Source: an uncultured Candidatus Entotheonella sp.
Lineage (GTDB): Bacteria > Tectomicrobia > Entotheonellia > Entotheonellales > Entotheonellaceae
NCBI GenBank assembly: GCA_965215335.1
Contig: CBDCDA010000001.1
Location: 1,248,001-1,312,000, forward strand
Length of the DNA: 64,000 nt
Direction: 5' to 3'
The notes under the pieces are model-generated. The model saw nothing but the letters and a program-made list of their open reading frames with translations, had not been told where the DNA came from and ran no database searches. The stretch's first letter is position 1; each line of letters opens with the position of its first letter. Positions 1 to 10,100 of the stretch are shown piece by piece. Both the position numbers and the translations under genes were made by a program.

Positions 1-1168
1 GGTCGATGCCGCCGGTTTCTTCCTGGGTGATGACGCCGCGCTCGTACAGCTCCATGGCGGCCGCCACGGTGGCCCCAAAGGAGATGGGATCAATGCCGTC
101 TTCATTGCACAGGAAGTTCACGTAGGTGAGGGTTTCGAGGTCGTCCACCCCGGTGTCACTGCCCAGGGCCCAGGCCGCCTCGTACTCCAGGCCACCGGAG
201 GCGCCCCAGTATCGGGGCTTGTTCTCGATCGTGAAGTGACCCTTCTCGATCGTCGAGATGCGTCCGCAGGCGATGGTGCAGGCGAAGCAGGCGGCGTTGG
301 CATGCAGGTTCGGGGTGCCGTCGCCGCGCGGCTCGTGCATGGCCTCGGCGGAAATCTTGTGGGCGCCCTCGAACTGCACCTCGCGCATGTTGCGGGTCGG
401 CATGGCGCCGACTTCGTTGATGACGTTCATCAGTACCTGGGTGCCGAACTTCGGCAGGCCCTGGCCGGTGACGGCGTTTTCCGCCAATACCTTCTTGCCC
501 TGCTCGGTGGCCTGGAAGAAGCGCATGGGGTCCTTGATGTTGCCGACGCCCTTGGTGCCGCGGCAGACGAGCGCCTTGAGGTTCTTCGACGCCATGACCG
601 TGCCGACCCCGGAACGCCCGGCGGCGCGGTGCAGGTCGTTCACCACGGCAGCGTACAGGCAGCCCTCTTCGGCGGCGCGTCCGACGCAGGCGATGCGGAT
701 GAGCGGGTCCTGGTGCCTGGCGTGCAGGCGCTCGTCCGTTTCCCACACCGAGGCGCCCCACAGATCGTCCGCCGGCATCAGCTCGGCGTTCTCGTTCTCC
801 ACGTGCAGGTACACCGGCTGTGGGGATTTGCCCTCGAAAACGATCATGTCCCAGCCGGCCATCTTCATCTCGGCGCCGATGAAGCCGCCGGAATTGGAGC
901 ACGCCACGGCGCCCGTCAGCGGGCTCTTGGTGACGACGGAATAGCGCCCGCCGGTGGCGGCCATGGTACCCGTCAGCGGCCCGGTGGTCAGGATCAGCTT
1001 GTTGCCGGGAGACAGCGCGTCAACCGCGGGGTCGATTTCCTCGCAGAGGTATTTGGTGGCAAGTCCGCGCTGGCCGAGGTAATCGCGCGCCCATTCCATG
1101 TTGAGCGGTTCGGCGGCGATCTTGCCGGAGGTGAGGTCGACTCGTAATACGTTTCCTGTCCAGGCCAT
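1..1168 (-). CDS. aor: Aldehyde:ferredoxin oxidoreductase (tungsten AOR family), N-terminal part; runs off the window start
   Basis: Not in the ORF track. Manual translation from ATG 1168 (GGAG SD upstream): MAWTGNVLRVDLTSG...DYLGQRGLA...GPLTG...KSPLTG...SNSGG...AAGRSGVGTVMASKNLK...CFACTIACG...LEYE, all AOR hallmarks. Confidence 0.93.
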   Translation of the reverse strand, partial: MAWTGNVLRVDLTSGKIAAEPLNMEWARDYLGQRGLATKYLCEEIDPAVDALSPGNKLILTTGPLTGTMAATGGRYSVVTKSPLTGAVACSNSGGFIGAEMKMAGWDMIVFEGKSPQPVYLHVENENAELMPADDLWGASVWETDERLHARHQDPLIRIACVGRAAEEGCLYAAVVNDLHRAAGRSGVGTVMASKNLKALVCRGTKGVGNIKDPMRFFQATEQGKKVLAENAVTGQGLPKFGTQVLMNVINEVGAMPTRNMREVQFEGAHKISAEAMHEPRGDGTPNLHANAACFACTIACGRISTIEKGHFTIENKPRYWGASGGLEYEAAWALGSDTGVDDLETLTYVNFLCNEDGIDPISFGATVAAAMELYERGVITQEETGGID

Positions 1169-1191
1169 GGGAGGTCTCCTCTTGGCGGCTG

Positions 1192-1710
1192 CTACGCGCG
1201 GCTGTAGGTGGCGATTTCCTTGGGGCGCGGCTCGACGTGGCTGGCCGGCCCCGCCGGGCTCTGCTGCGCCCAGGCGCGCATGCGGTCCAGGCCGGTGTTG
1301 TCGACATCGACGTAGGCGATGGCGCCGGTGGGGCACGCCTTGGCGCACCACGGGTCGCCGCCGCACAGGTCGCACTTCATCACCTTGCCGGAATCGTGGT
1401 TATAGTTCACGGTGCCGAACGGGCAGGCGATGGTGCACACCTTGCAGCCGACGCAGACGTTGTCCAGGACTTCCTTGGCACCCGTTTCGGTGTTGACGAC
1501 GATGGCCTCAACGGGGCAAGAGTGCAGGCACCAAGCTTCCTCGCACTGCGTGCAGGTGTAGGGGGCGAAGCGCCCTTCCTGATGGAAGGTGAAGACCTTG
1601 ATGCGGGATTTGGCGGGGTTGAAAACCCCCTCGTTCTCATACGAACAGGCCATCTCGCACTGCAGGCAGCCCGTGCATTTCTCCGGTTCCAGCTTGAGCG
1701 CCCTGAGCAT
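1192..1710 (-). CDS. 4Fe-4S dicluster electron-transfer subunit of AOR
   Basis: Four Cys clusters (CTGCLQCEMAC, CTQCEEAWCLHSCP, CVGCKVCTIACP, KCDLCGGDPWCAKACP); directly upstream of aor. Confidence 0.92.
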   Translation of the reverse strand: MLRALKLEPEKCTGCLQCEMACSYENEGVFNPAKSRIKVFTFHQEGRFAPYTCTQCEEAWCLHSCPVEAIVVNTETGAKEVLDNVCVGCKVCTIACPFGTVNYNHDSGKVMKCDLCGGDPWCAKACPTGAIAYVDVDNTGLDRMRAWAQQSPAGPASHVEPRPKEIATYSRA

Positions 1711-1759
1711 GCGGACTCTCCTTCGTGTATGTTGCTGCGATGAGGCAAGTGACAGCGGC

Positions 1760-1789
1760 AGGTTAAGTGAGCCTGCAAGCCGGTGTCAA
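1760..1789 (-). promoter_or_regulatory. Putative sigma70 promoter of the AOR operon
   Basis: Minus strand TTGACA (1789-1784), 18 nt spacer, TAACCT (1765-1760), about 50 nt upstream of the FeS subunit start. Confidence 0.45.
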
Positions 1790-1889
1790 TGGGAAATTGC
1801 TACCTGAAGGTGGGCGCGCGGGCGAGCGGGCTAGAGGGAGGTCAGGCGCTTGCGAGGGCCGCCATCGAGCGCGGCACGCTTTCCTGCGG

Positions 1890-2170
1890 ACCGCGACATC
1901 GAACGGCAGGCAGATCAGAGTCACGTCGTCGAGGAGTCGATACCGCAATTCGATCGTGAAGGTCTGCGTGCGCGCACGGCGTTGCAACCGTAGCCCTTGG
2001 CGTAAGCGTAAAGCTGGTACAGGTCGTCTTGGTCGATGCCGTGCTTCGGATAATCAGCCAACGCGTCGATGCACTTCCACTTGACGTCGAGGATGAAGGC
2101 AACACAAGCGCCGTGCCGCAGGGAGATGTCCGGCTTCATCATGAACGCATCTCGACCGTCGATATTGGCC
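1890..2170 (-). pseudogene. McrC-family (modification-dependent restriction) C-terminal remnant
   Basis: MKPDISL...FILDVKWK...HGIDQDDLYQLYAYAKGY is the McrC PD-(D/E)xK region; frameshifted, 5' end cut by an IS5 end at 2171. Confidence 0.75.
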
Positions 2171-2285
2171 AGGCTCAGGACTCATAACCAGAAGATAACC
2201 GTGGCAGCAAGGCAGATGGCGCTGAAAAAGGGGTGCGCACACCGGTCATAGCGCATGGCGATGCGACGCCAGTCCGCGAGTCTGC
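2171..2285 (-). mobile_element. IS5-family right-end fragment
   Basis: TIR AGGCTCAGGACTC plus DWRRIAMRYDRCAHPFFSAICLAATVIFWL, matching the C-terminus of the full copy at 54441-55285. Confidence 0.88.
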
Positions 2286-3003
2286 CAAACAGCTTGTGTC
2301 TGCCAGTGAAGCAGCAGGGGGAAAGAGCAGCGCCCGCGCCCCCGGCGACGACACGTCCGGCAAGGGATGGACAACCACGAAAGGGCAGGGAAAAGGCAGG
2401 GCGGCCGGCGCGATCTTCTCCTATGCGTTACGCCGGCATGACACGCCAAGGGAAACCCGCCCGGATTCTTTCTGCTACGCAGCGTCAAGGATTTCCGGCG
2501 GGAGCTGTTGATTTGTCCACGGCGTCAGGCGAGATTGGCTCGCTCGCCCCCAAAGCCGCTGTCAGCCTGGGCGGCTTGGCGCCAGTCACCCGGCAGCCCG
2601 GGGACTGGCAAGGACGCAGCTTCGTGCGATGTCGCTGTCGAAAGGCTACGCCAAGCACTTCACATGCCGGCTGTCTCGGCGATCTCATCGACATCCCCCC
2701 GCCAAGGCGGCCGCGGGGCCTAGCGCCGGCGCGGACCCCGATCCCAGACCGTAGGGCAGGAAGGCGAATGACCGGAGAGCTTCGATCGGGATTGACCGTT
2801 CGGGACCTCTGCTCCATCCATCCCGCTCGGCACGAAAACACAGGAATTCTGGCATTTTGGACAGATATCCTGTGTTCCACACGTTTGTATGCGAACAGGT
2901 GATTGCCGGCCTGATCCATATGCTGAATAATAGCATAATAGCCGCTGTCGCAAGCCATCGGGCCGAGGGGTTGCGTGGCACCATCGCAAGCTGCAGGGGG
3001 CGT

Positions 3004-3687
3004 ATGGAAGAGACCGCAAAGGACATGTTCGCCGCTATCGCCGGGCGATACGACAGGCTCAACAGCCTGTTGAGCCTGGGGTTGCATCATTATTGGCGGC
3101 GGCGGACGGTGGCGGCGAGCGATTTGCGGCACGACGCGATCGTCCTGGACCTGTGCAGCGGCACTGCGGACCTCGCATTGGCCTTTGTTCGGCGCGCCGG
3201 ACGGGTCATTGCCACCGACTTCTGCGATGCCATGCTGGTGCGGGGCCGGTGCAAGGCTGCCCAGCGTCGGGCACCCATTGCTTTCGCCCTTGCCGACGCA
3301 CAGCGTCTGCCATTCCGCGACGCCTCCTTCGATGCGATAAGCATCGCCTTCGGCCTGCGCAACGTCGATTGCCTGGCCACGGCCCTGGGCGAGATGTATC
3401 GCGTGCTGCGTCCCGGCGGGGTGGCCATGGTGCTGGAATTCGGTCAGCCGCAGGGCGCCGTTTTCGGGCCCCTGTATCGCTTCTACTCGCGCCACCTGCT
3501 GCCGCGCATCGGCGGCTGGCTGTCGGGGCATTCGGAAGCTTATGCTTACCTGTCCCGCACCGCGGCGGCGTTTCCCGCCGGCGTCCGCTTCATACAGGCC
3601 ATGCGCGGGCAGGATTTCACCAATGTGCAGGCCCATCCCCTTACAGGCGGCGTCGTGTATATCTACCGCGCCACACGACCGGACTAA
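3004..3687 (+). CDS. menG: Demethylmenaquinone/ubiquinone methyltransferase
   Basis: MFAAIAGRYDRLNSLLSLGLH..W, VLDLCSGTAD, AFGLRNV, YRVLRPGG; next to menB and menA. Start chosen at ATG 3004. Confidence 0.9.
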   Translation: MEETAKDMFAAIAGRYDRLNSLLSLGLHHYWRRRTVAASDLRHDAIVLDLCSGTADLALAFVRRAGRVIATDFCDAMLVRGRCKAAQRRAPIAFALADAQRLPFRDASFDAISIAFGLRNVDCLATALGEMYRVLRPGGVAMVLEFGQPQGAVFGPLYRFYSRHLLPRIGGWLSGHSEAYAYLSRTAAAFPAGVRFIQAMRGQDFTNVQAHPLTGGVVYIYRATRPD

Positions 3688-3836
3688 GAGCCTGTTCCAT
3701 AAGTCCGATTAGCTCTTTTTTGCCGGCATTGGATAAACACTCGCCCTTTCCAGGGCGCTTTTTTGCGTCAAACGCCCTGGAATCGGTGAGAATCCCGCCT
3801 ACTTTTGGGATGTCGCCGACTTTTAGGCTCAGACTC
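3688..3836. mobile_element. ~150-bp MITE, copy 1
   Basis: Near-identical reverse complement at 20430-20579; ends GAGCCTGTTCC ... CAGACTC; flanked by TAA (the menG stop) and TAG; internal hairpin TTCCAGGGCG/CGCCCTGGAA. Confidence 0.85.
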
Positions 3837-3837
3837 T

Positions 3838-3895
3838 AGGCTCAGGACCTATAAAGAGTTATCATTGAACATATTCGGATTCAAGACCCTGACGC
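3838..3895 (+). mobile_element. IS5-family left-end fragment (orphan IRL)
   Basis: AGGCTCAGGACCTATAAAGAG...GGATTCAAGACCCTGAC, as at 39235, 54441 and 56263. Confidence 0.85.
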
Positions 3896-3942
3896 CAGAC
3901 GATTGATCACCATCAACGAGCCCATGAACATTGAGGTAGGAC

Positions 3943-4740
3943 ATGTCAGCATTCGAGGATATCATTTACACAAAAGGAGACGGCGTGGCGACCGTGAGCA
4001 TGAACCGTCCGTGGGTTCTCAACGCCTTTCGCCCGCGCACGATCGACGAGATGCTGGAGGCGTTCCACGACGCCTGGTACGACGACGGCATCGGCGTGGT
4101 GGTGCTGACCGGTGAGGAGGGTAATTTCTGTACCGGCGGCGATCAGAAAATCCGCGGCCAGGGCGGCTATAACGACGAGTCGGGAACGCCGCGCCTGCAA
4201 GTCCGCAACCTGCACCGCACGATCCGCGAAATTCCCAAGCCGGTCATCGCCAAGGTGGACGGCTATGCCATTGGCGGCGGGCACGTCCTGCACGTCATCT
4301 GCGACCTCACCATCGCCTCGGACCGCGCCACCTTCGGCCAGACAGGGCCGAAGGTGGGGAGTTTCGATGCGGGCTTCGGCGCCATGTATCTGGCGCGCAT
4401 CGTGGGCGAGAAGAAGGCGCGCGAAATCTGGTACCTGTGCGACCAATACAGCGCCGAGGAGGCGCGGGACATGGGATTGGTCAACAAGGTCGTGCCGCGC
4501 GAGCGGCTGGACGAAGAGACGGCGCTCTGGTGCCGCAAGATCCTGGCGAAGAGCCCGACGGCAATCCGCTTCATGAAGGCCGGCTTCAACGCCGATACCG
4601 ACCACGGCTACGGCTTGCAAGCCTTGGCGCACGGCGCCACCAGCCTCTTCTACACCAGCGACGAGGCCACCGAGGGACGTATGTCATTCCTCGAAAGACG
4701 CCAGCCGGATTTTGCGAAATATCGTCGAACCCCTTGGTAG
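3943..4740 (+). CDS. menB: 1,4-dihydroxy-2-naphthoyl-CoA synthase
   Basis: [56 protein letters not shown]. Confidence 0.97.
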   Translation: MSAFEDIIYTKGDGVATVSMNRPWVLNAFRPRTIDEMLEAFHDAWYDDGIGVVVLTGEEGNFCTGGDQKIRGQGGYNDESGTPRLQVRNLHRTIREIPKPVIAKVDGYAIGGGHVLHVICDLTIASDRATFGQTGPKVGSFDAGFGAMYLARIVGEKKAREIWYLCDQYSAEEARDMGLVNKVVPRERLDEETALWCRKILAKSPTAIRFMKAGFNADTDHGYGLQALAHGATSLFYTSDEATEGRMSFLERRQPDFAKYRRTPW

Positions 4741-4759
4741 GGTGAGGCGGGGAACACGT

Positions 4760-5659
4760 ATGCGGGAATCGATCCAGGTTTGGTTTCAGGCCATTCGGCC
4801 CTTCACCCTCAGCGCCGCGGTGGTTCCGGTTCTGGTCGGCGGCCTATTGGCCACCCAGTCCGGGACTTTTCACGTCTTTCTGTTCATCCTGGTTCTGGTC
4901 GGCTCGGTTCTCGTGCAGTGCGGCGCCAACCTCACCGACGAGCACGCCGATCACGACGCCGATACCGCCCGGCACAAGGTGCAAGCACCGTACAAGGTGA
5001 TCGCCCGCGGCCTGTTGACGCCTGCCGCGGTTCTGCGGGGCGCGCTGACCTGTTTCGGCCTGGCGGCGCTGATCGGCGTGTATCTCGTAACCCGAACCGG
5101 CTGGCCGCTGGCCATCGTCTGCCTGGCCAGCGCCGGCGTCGCCTACTGCTACAGCGCCGGCCCCCTCCCCTTGGGCAACGTGGCCTTGGGAGAGCCCCTG
5201 GTTTTCGTCTTCATGGGGCCAGTCATGGTCCTCGGCAGTTTCTACGTCCAGACCCAGACCCTGATCTGGCCAGCGGTCTGGTTATCCCTGCCGGTGGCCT
5301 GCCTGGTGACGGCCATTCTCATCGTCAACAATTTGCGTGATGCAGAGCAAGACCGCCGTAGCGGCAAGACGACACTCGTGCATTTGTGGGGCCGGCAGTC
5401 AGTTGTCCTGCTCTGTTGCGCCTTGCTCCTGATCGCCTTCGCCAGCCTCGCCGTGCTGGTGCTCACACGCCTCGGCTCCTGGCCTTGGCTTGCCCCGTTC
5501 CTCGTCCTGCCCCAGGCCATTGCCATCGCTCGCAGGGTCTGTCAAAGCACGGAACGTTCCGACCTCCACCAAGCCATGCGCGGCACCGCCCAACTCCACC
5601 TGCGTTTCGGCCTGCTCCTGTCCGCCGCACTGGTCCTCGACCCACTCCTACCCCGCTGA
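4760..5659 (+). CDS. menA: DHNA octaprenyltransferase (UbiA family)
   Basis: W..AIRPFTL.A, NLTDE, LGE..VF, NNLRD..D...GKTTL; multiple TM segments; follows menB. Confidence 0.92.
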   Translation: MRESIQVWFQAIRPFTLSAAVVPVLVGGLLATQSGTFHVFLFILVLVGSVLVQCGANLTDEHADHDADTARHKVQAPYKVIARGLLTPAAVLRGALTCFGLAALIGVYLVTRTGWPLAIVCLASAGVAYCYSAGPLPLGNVALGEPLVFVFMGPVMVLGSFYVQTQTLIWPAVWLSLPVACLVTAILIVNNLRDAEQDRRSGKTTLVHLWGRQSVVLLCCALLLIAFASLAVLVLTRLGSWPWLAPFLVLPQAIAIARRVCQSTERSDLHQAMRGTAQLHLRFGLLLSAALVLDPLLPR

Positions 5660-5704
5660 TCGCAAGGGTACGCAAGCAGCCACCAGAGCCGGTTTTGCTG
5701 CGGC

Positions 5705-6127
5705 TCAGCGTGCGTGAAGGCGTGCCAGAAGGTCTTCGCCACTGTCACACACAACGATCCACTCGCCGATCTCGGCCAAGCTTTCCGGGTCCATATCGAA
5801 ACAAGGCCGCAGCCAGGTTCCGCGAGGATGATATCGCGACAAGCCTACAGGACGCTCTTCAATCAAGCCGGACAGGTTCGCAACTGCCGTCCAGGGTTCG
5901 TTCGCCATTATATAACACCACAGGAACCACAGACGGCAATTTGCCGGAAGCAGTCAAGCGTCATTTTCTCGTTGCAACAAGTCGTCGCTGACCTGACGGT
6001 TGGTGACACGCTCCAAGGTCGCAAGATCAAGCTCCGCGACTCAAGGTTCGTCGACAAACCCATGCAACAGGCCGCGCACCATCTGCGGGCGGGAGAAGAG
6101 CAGTTTGTAGCCGCCATCATGGTCCAT
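5705..6127 (-). pseudogene. Rpn/YhgA-family recombination-promoting nuclease, collapsed remnant
   Basis: Manual reading: MDHDGGYKLLFSRPQMVRGLLHGFVDEP*VAELDLATLERV..VSDDL (Rpn N-terminus), LPSVVPVVLYNGE, then C-terminal DPESLAEIGEWIVVCDSGEDLLARL; stops and large deletions. Confidence 0.8.
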
Positions 6128-6131
6128 GCGC

Positions 6132-6605
6132 TTACTCGGGAAAGTCGTGGGTCCAATAGGGCCACTCGCGCTCCTGGATTTTGGTGCCCTGTTTCAGGGC
6201 TTCGAGGTCGAATTCGAGCGCATCGAATCGACGGATGATTTCTTGCTGATCGACGTCGGTAGGGGAGCCGTAACGGTCGCTGGGGCAGCATTGTTTCCAA
6301 GCGGCGGAGAAACAGCCGATAAACGTCCAGTAACCCGGCGGACAGTCGAGGAGACGCCAGAAGCGTTCCTGGAAATGGCAGGCAACGGGATCGAGCGGCT
6401 GGCACGCTTCGCACAGGGCATACTCGCCGCTGGCGACGTCTTCTTGCAGGGTGTGGGTGAAGATGCAGACGGTTCCCCGGCGGCATATCCAGCAGTATTC
6501 CCGGCGGCGGCGCGCTTCCATTGGGATGGGGTCCTTTCTTGGCTCCTTTGAGGTAGCTGACGATCGCCGCTCTGTACCGCCAGCCCAAACCATACAGATC
6601 GGCAA
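6132..6605 (-). CDS. Hypothetical protein (Cys-rich; possibly degraded)
   Basis: 157-aa ORF on the same strand as its neighbours; no recognised family. Confidence 0.3.
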   Translation of the reverse strand: MPICMVWAGGTERRSSATSKEPRKDPIPMEARRRREYCWICRRGTVCIFTHTLQEDVASGEYALCEACQPLDPVACHFQERFWRLLDCPPGYWTFIGCFSAAWKQCCPSDRYGSPTDVDQQEIIRRFDALEFDLEALKQGTKIQEREWPYWTHDFPE

Positions 6606-6637
6606 TGATCAGCATCAAACAATGCGTCAACGCAGCT

Positions 6638-7119
6638 TTAAGGCACACGCTCCAATTGATAGGTGCATACGCTGACAAAGCCAAAATCGGGATGGGTACA
6701 TCCCGCCGTTTCAGTTGCCGAGACCGAATCAGCGGAAAAGGCCGTTCCTTCGGTCTCAACGGCACACTCCGTCTCTATGGAGGGATACTCTATCTCATCC
6801 TCAGAACGGATTTGGTCACCCTCAATAGTTCCCTCAACTTGCAACCCTGCTTCCAGACCCGTAGCTATGAGCGTATTTCCATCTTGTTCCATGCGCACAA
6901 GACTATCGGCAATCGCTTCTTCAATTTCGCGTTCGATCTCATCGACGAGACTTTGGTCAACAAGAACATCATAGACAAGCTCACACTTGACATTGTCTTT
7001 CACAGTCCATTCACCCGCAAGATCATACAATGGCGGATCCAATGGCGGATCAGCCCCCCCCCACAACCCGAGAGGACCAAAATTGCGGCTACGGATCCAG
7101 CAATAAGTAGAGTCCTCAT
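6638..7119 (-). CDS. Acidic lipoprotein, frameshifted at a G9 tract
   Basis: AGGAG SD, ATG 7119, MRTLLIAGSVAAILVLSG-C (lipobox), then G9 (C9 at 7054-7062). The mature domain (GADPPLDPPLYDLAGEW...CTYQLERVP) is in the adjacent frame. Confidence 0.75.
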
Positions 7120-7169
7120 CAGTCACTCCTTGTCCATTGAACGGGACTATTGACACAGGCACGGCACCG

Positions 7170-10100
7170 CTATTCCGCAACCGCTCGGCGCTGCACCCCA
7201 AGCGTGATGATCATGCCATCAATGCGATGCTCCTCGCTGTACGCCTCGGGCGGAGGCGTATCGACAACGAGATCAGTGCTCAGGGTTTCAGCTTTGACGT
7301 AATCGCTCCAGGTTAGCATGGCGTCGGCCAAGGGTCCATTGGAAAGGCCGTAGGTGACGATGCGGTCGGCGATGTTGAAACCGGCGTCGCGGCGCATGAC
7401 CTGAATGCGGCGAACCAGCTCGCGGGCCAGACCTTCGGTGCGCAGCGCCGGGGGAATGTCGGTCTCCACGGCAACGGTGACGCCGCGGTCGGTGGCGACC
7501 GCCAGACCGGCGGCGGGGTGAGTGCGGATGAGGACCTCGTCGGGAGCAAGCTCGAAGGTCTCGCCGTCAATGCTCAGCGTCACGGGATTGCCGGACTGCA
7601 CCCTCTGTACTACCGCGCCGGTGTCGGCATGGGTCAGCGCTGCGCGCGCACGAGCCAGGGTGGCTCCCAATCGCGGGCCCAGCAGCTTGTTGTTGGGAAG
7701 CACCTCGTAGCTCAGTAATTGCGCCTCCCGCTCAACGAATTGCAGCGACTTGACGTTCAACTCCTCGCATACAATCGCCGTGCAGGTCCCGTTCCACCCT
7801 GTTTCGTCCTCGTGCACGTAAGCCAAGGCCGCCGCCAGGGGCTGGCGCACCCTGATATTGGCGCTGCCTCGGGACCCCAACCCCAGGCTGGTGATCTGCC
7901 GGGCCAGCGCCATCTGGTCCAGCAGCGTGGTGTCCACGATAGCCAAGTCCGCCTCCGGCCAATCGCAGTGATGCACGCTGTCGTAAGCCCCCGGCTGCAT
8001 GGCACGCACCAGATTCTGGTATATCATCTCGGTGATGAACGGCGTCAGCGGGGCGAGAAGCTTGACCAGCTTCACCAGCACGTGGTAGAGGGTGGCGTAG
8101 GCCGTGTGCTTGTCCGTGTCGTGCGTGCTCTTCCAATAGCGCCGGCGACTGCGGCGGATGTACCAGTTGCTCAGATCGTCCAGAAACGCTGCGATGGCCA
8201 GGGTAGCGGCGTGCGTGTCCGAGTCCTGCAGGCTCGTCGTGCAGCGCTCCGCGACCTGGTTGAGGCGTGCCACAATCCACGTATCCAGGATGTTGTCGCT
8301 GGACGGCGTCGGCCCCTCCGGACGCCCGGGCTCAAATCCCGCCCGGTCGGGTTCCCAGCCGTCGAGATTCGCGTAGGTGACGAAGAAGTGGTACATGTTC
8401 CACAGCGGGATGAGGAACTGCCGGCGCACCTCATCGGCCCGCTGGTAGCCGAACGGCAGGTTGTTCTCGGGCTTGTGTGCGCAGTACAGCCAGCGCATGA
8501 CGTCGACCCCCATGCGGTCGGCGGCCTCGTTGAACTCGATGGCGTTACCCCAGCTCTTGTGCATGGCCCGTCCGTCTTCGGCGATCAGCGTGGCGTACCC
8601 GAAGCATTCCTTGAATGGCGGGCTGTTCTCCAGCACCGTGCCCATGGCCAGCAGGCTGTAAAACCAGTTGCGGAACTGGCCGGGGAACGACTCGCTGATC
8701 CAGTGCGCCGGGTACCAGTCGCGCCACCCCTGTCGGTCGGTGCGGTAACCCAGGGTGCTGAAGCCGACGATGCCGGCGTCCAGCCACGGATTCGCCACGT
8801 CGGTAATGCGCTGCATCTGGCCGCCGCACTTGAAACAGGCAATCTTGACCGCATCGATATAGGGCCGGTGCGGGGTGTGCCCCTCGAACTCGTCCCAGCC
8901 CGCCACCGCCCGCGCCGCGAGTGCCCGGTCGTCGCCAATCACCTCGTAGTGACCGCAGGCGGCGCATTCCCAGAACGGCAGCGCCAAGCCCCAGTAGCGT
9001 TTCTTGCTGATCATCCAGTCGTGCATGTTGCGCAGCCAGTCGAGTTCGCGGTCCAGGCCGAAGGCGGGAATCCAATGAATCTGCTGCGTCACCGCCATCA
9101 TGGCGTGGCGCAATTCGTCCATGCTGATGAACCATTCGTCCACCAGGCGAAAGACCAACTCGGTGGAACAGCGCCAGCAGGTCGGGTAGCGGTGTGTGTA
9201 CGGCTCGACGTGGTACAGGCGGCCCGAATCGGCGAGCGTCTGCCGGATGCCGTCCAGAAGTGCCGAGACGTGCTGGCCGCTGAAGTCGCCGAAGCCGTCC
9301 ACGACGTATCCTTCCTCGTCGAGGGGGGCCAGAATCGGCAGGCTGTGCGCCCTGCCCAGCCGGAAGTCCTCGGCGCCGCAACCGGGGGCGACGTGCACGA
9401 TGCCGGTGCCTTCGGTCTCGCTCACCTCGTCCCACAACACGACGCGATGCGCCTCGGCGGCGCAGACCGACACGTCTTGCGCGAGGTCCCGCAGAGCACC
9501 ATTGCCGCCAGGTTGACGGGCCGCTTCCAGGTGATCAAAGGGGCCGTCGTACGACCAGCCTTCGAGCGCCGCGCCCGGCATCTCGCCCAAGACTTCGTAC
9601 GGTCCGCGCAGCATGTGCAGGGTGCCCTTGGACAGATACAACACCTCATCACCCTGCCGGGCCTTGACGTACATGAGATCCGGGCCGACCGCCGCCACGA
9701 CGTTGCTGGGCAGTGTCCAGGGCGTCGTGGTCCATACCAGCAGGGACTCCCGTTGCCGCCCGCGCAACGGCAGGCGCAGGGCGATGGAGGTGTGGGTGAG
9801 ATCCTGATACCCGTCGGTGACGATCTCGTGCTGACTGATACCGGTAGCGCAGCGCGAGCACCACGGCATCACGTCGGCGCCGCGGTACAGCCAGCCGCGC
9901 TGCCAGCACTGCCTGAGGAAGGTCCAGATCATGTAGTTGTTCTCGCTCGAGAACGTGAAGTAGCTGCCGCCGAGATCCGGCATGCCCAGGCGTCCGACCA
10001 ATTGTTCCACGGTGCCCGTCACCTCGCCCCGAGGGCCTTGCACGGTCGTGCGCTGCGAGGGATTCTCCATCAAAGCGGTGGCCAACTCGCGCAGATGATC

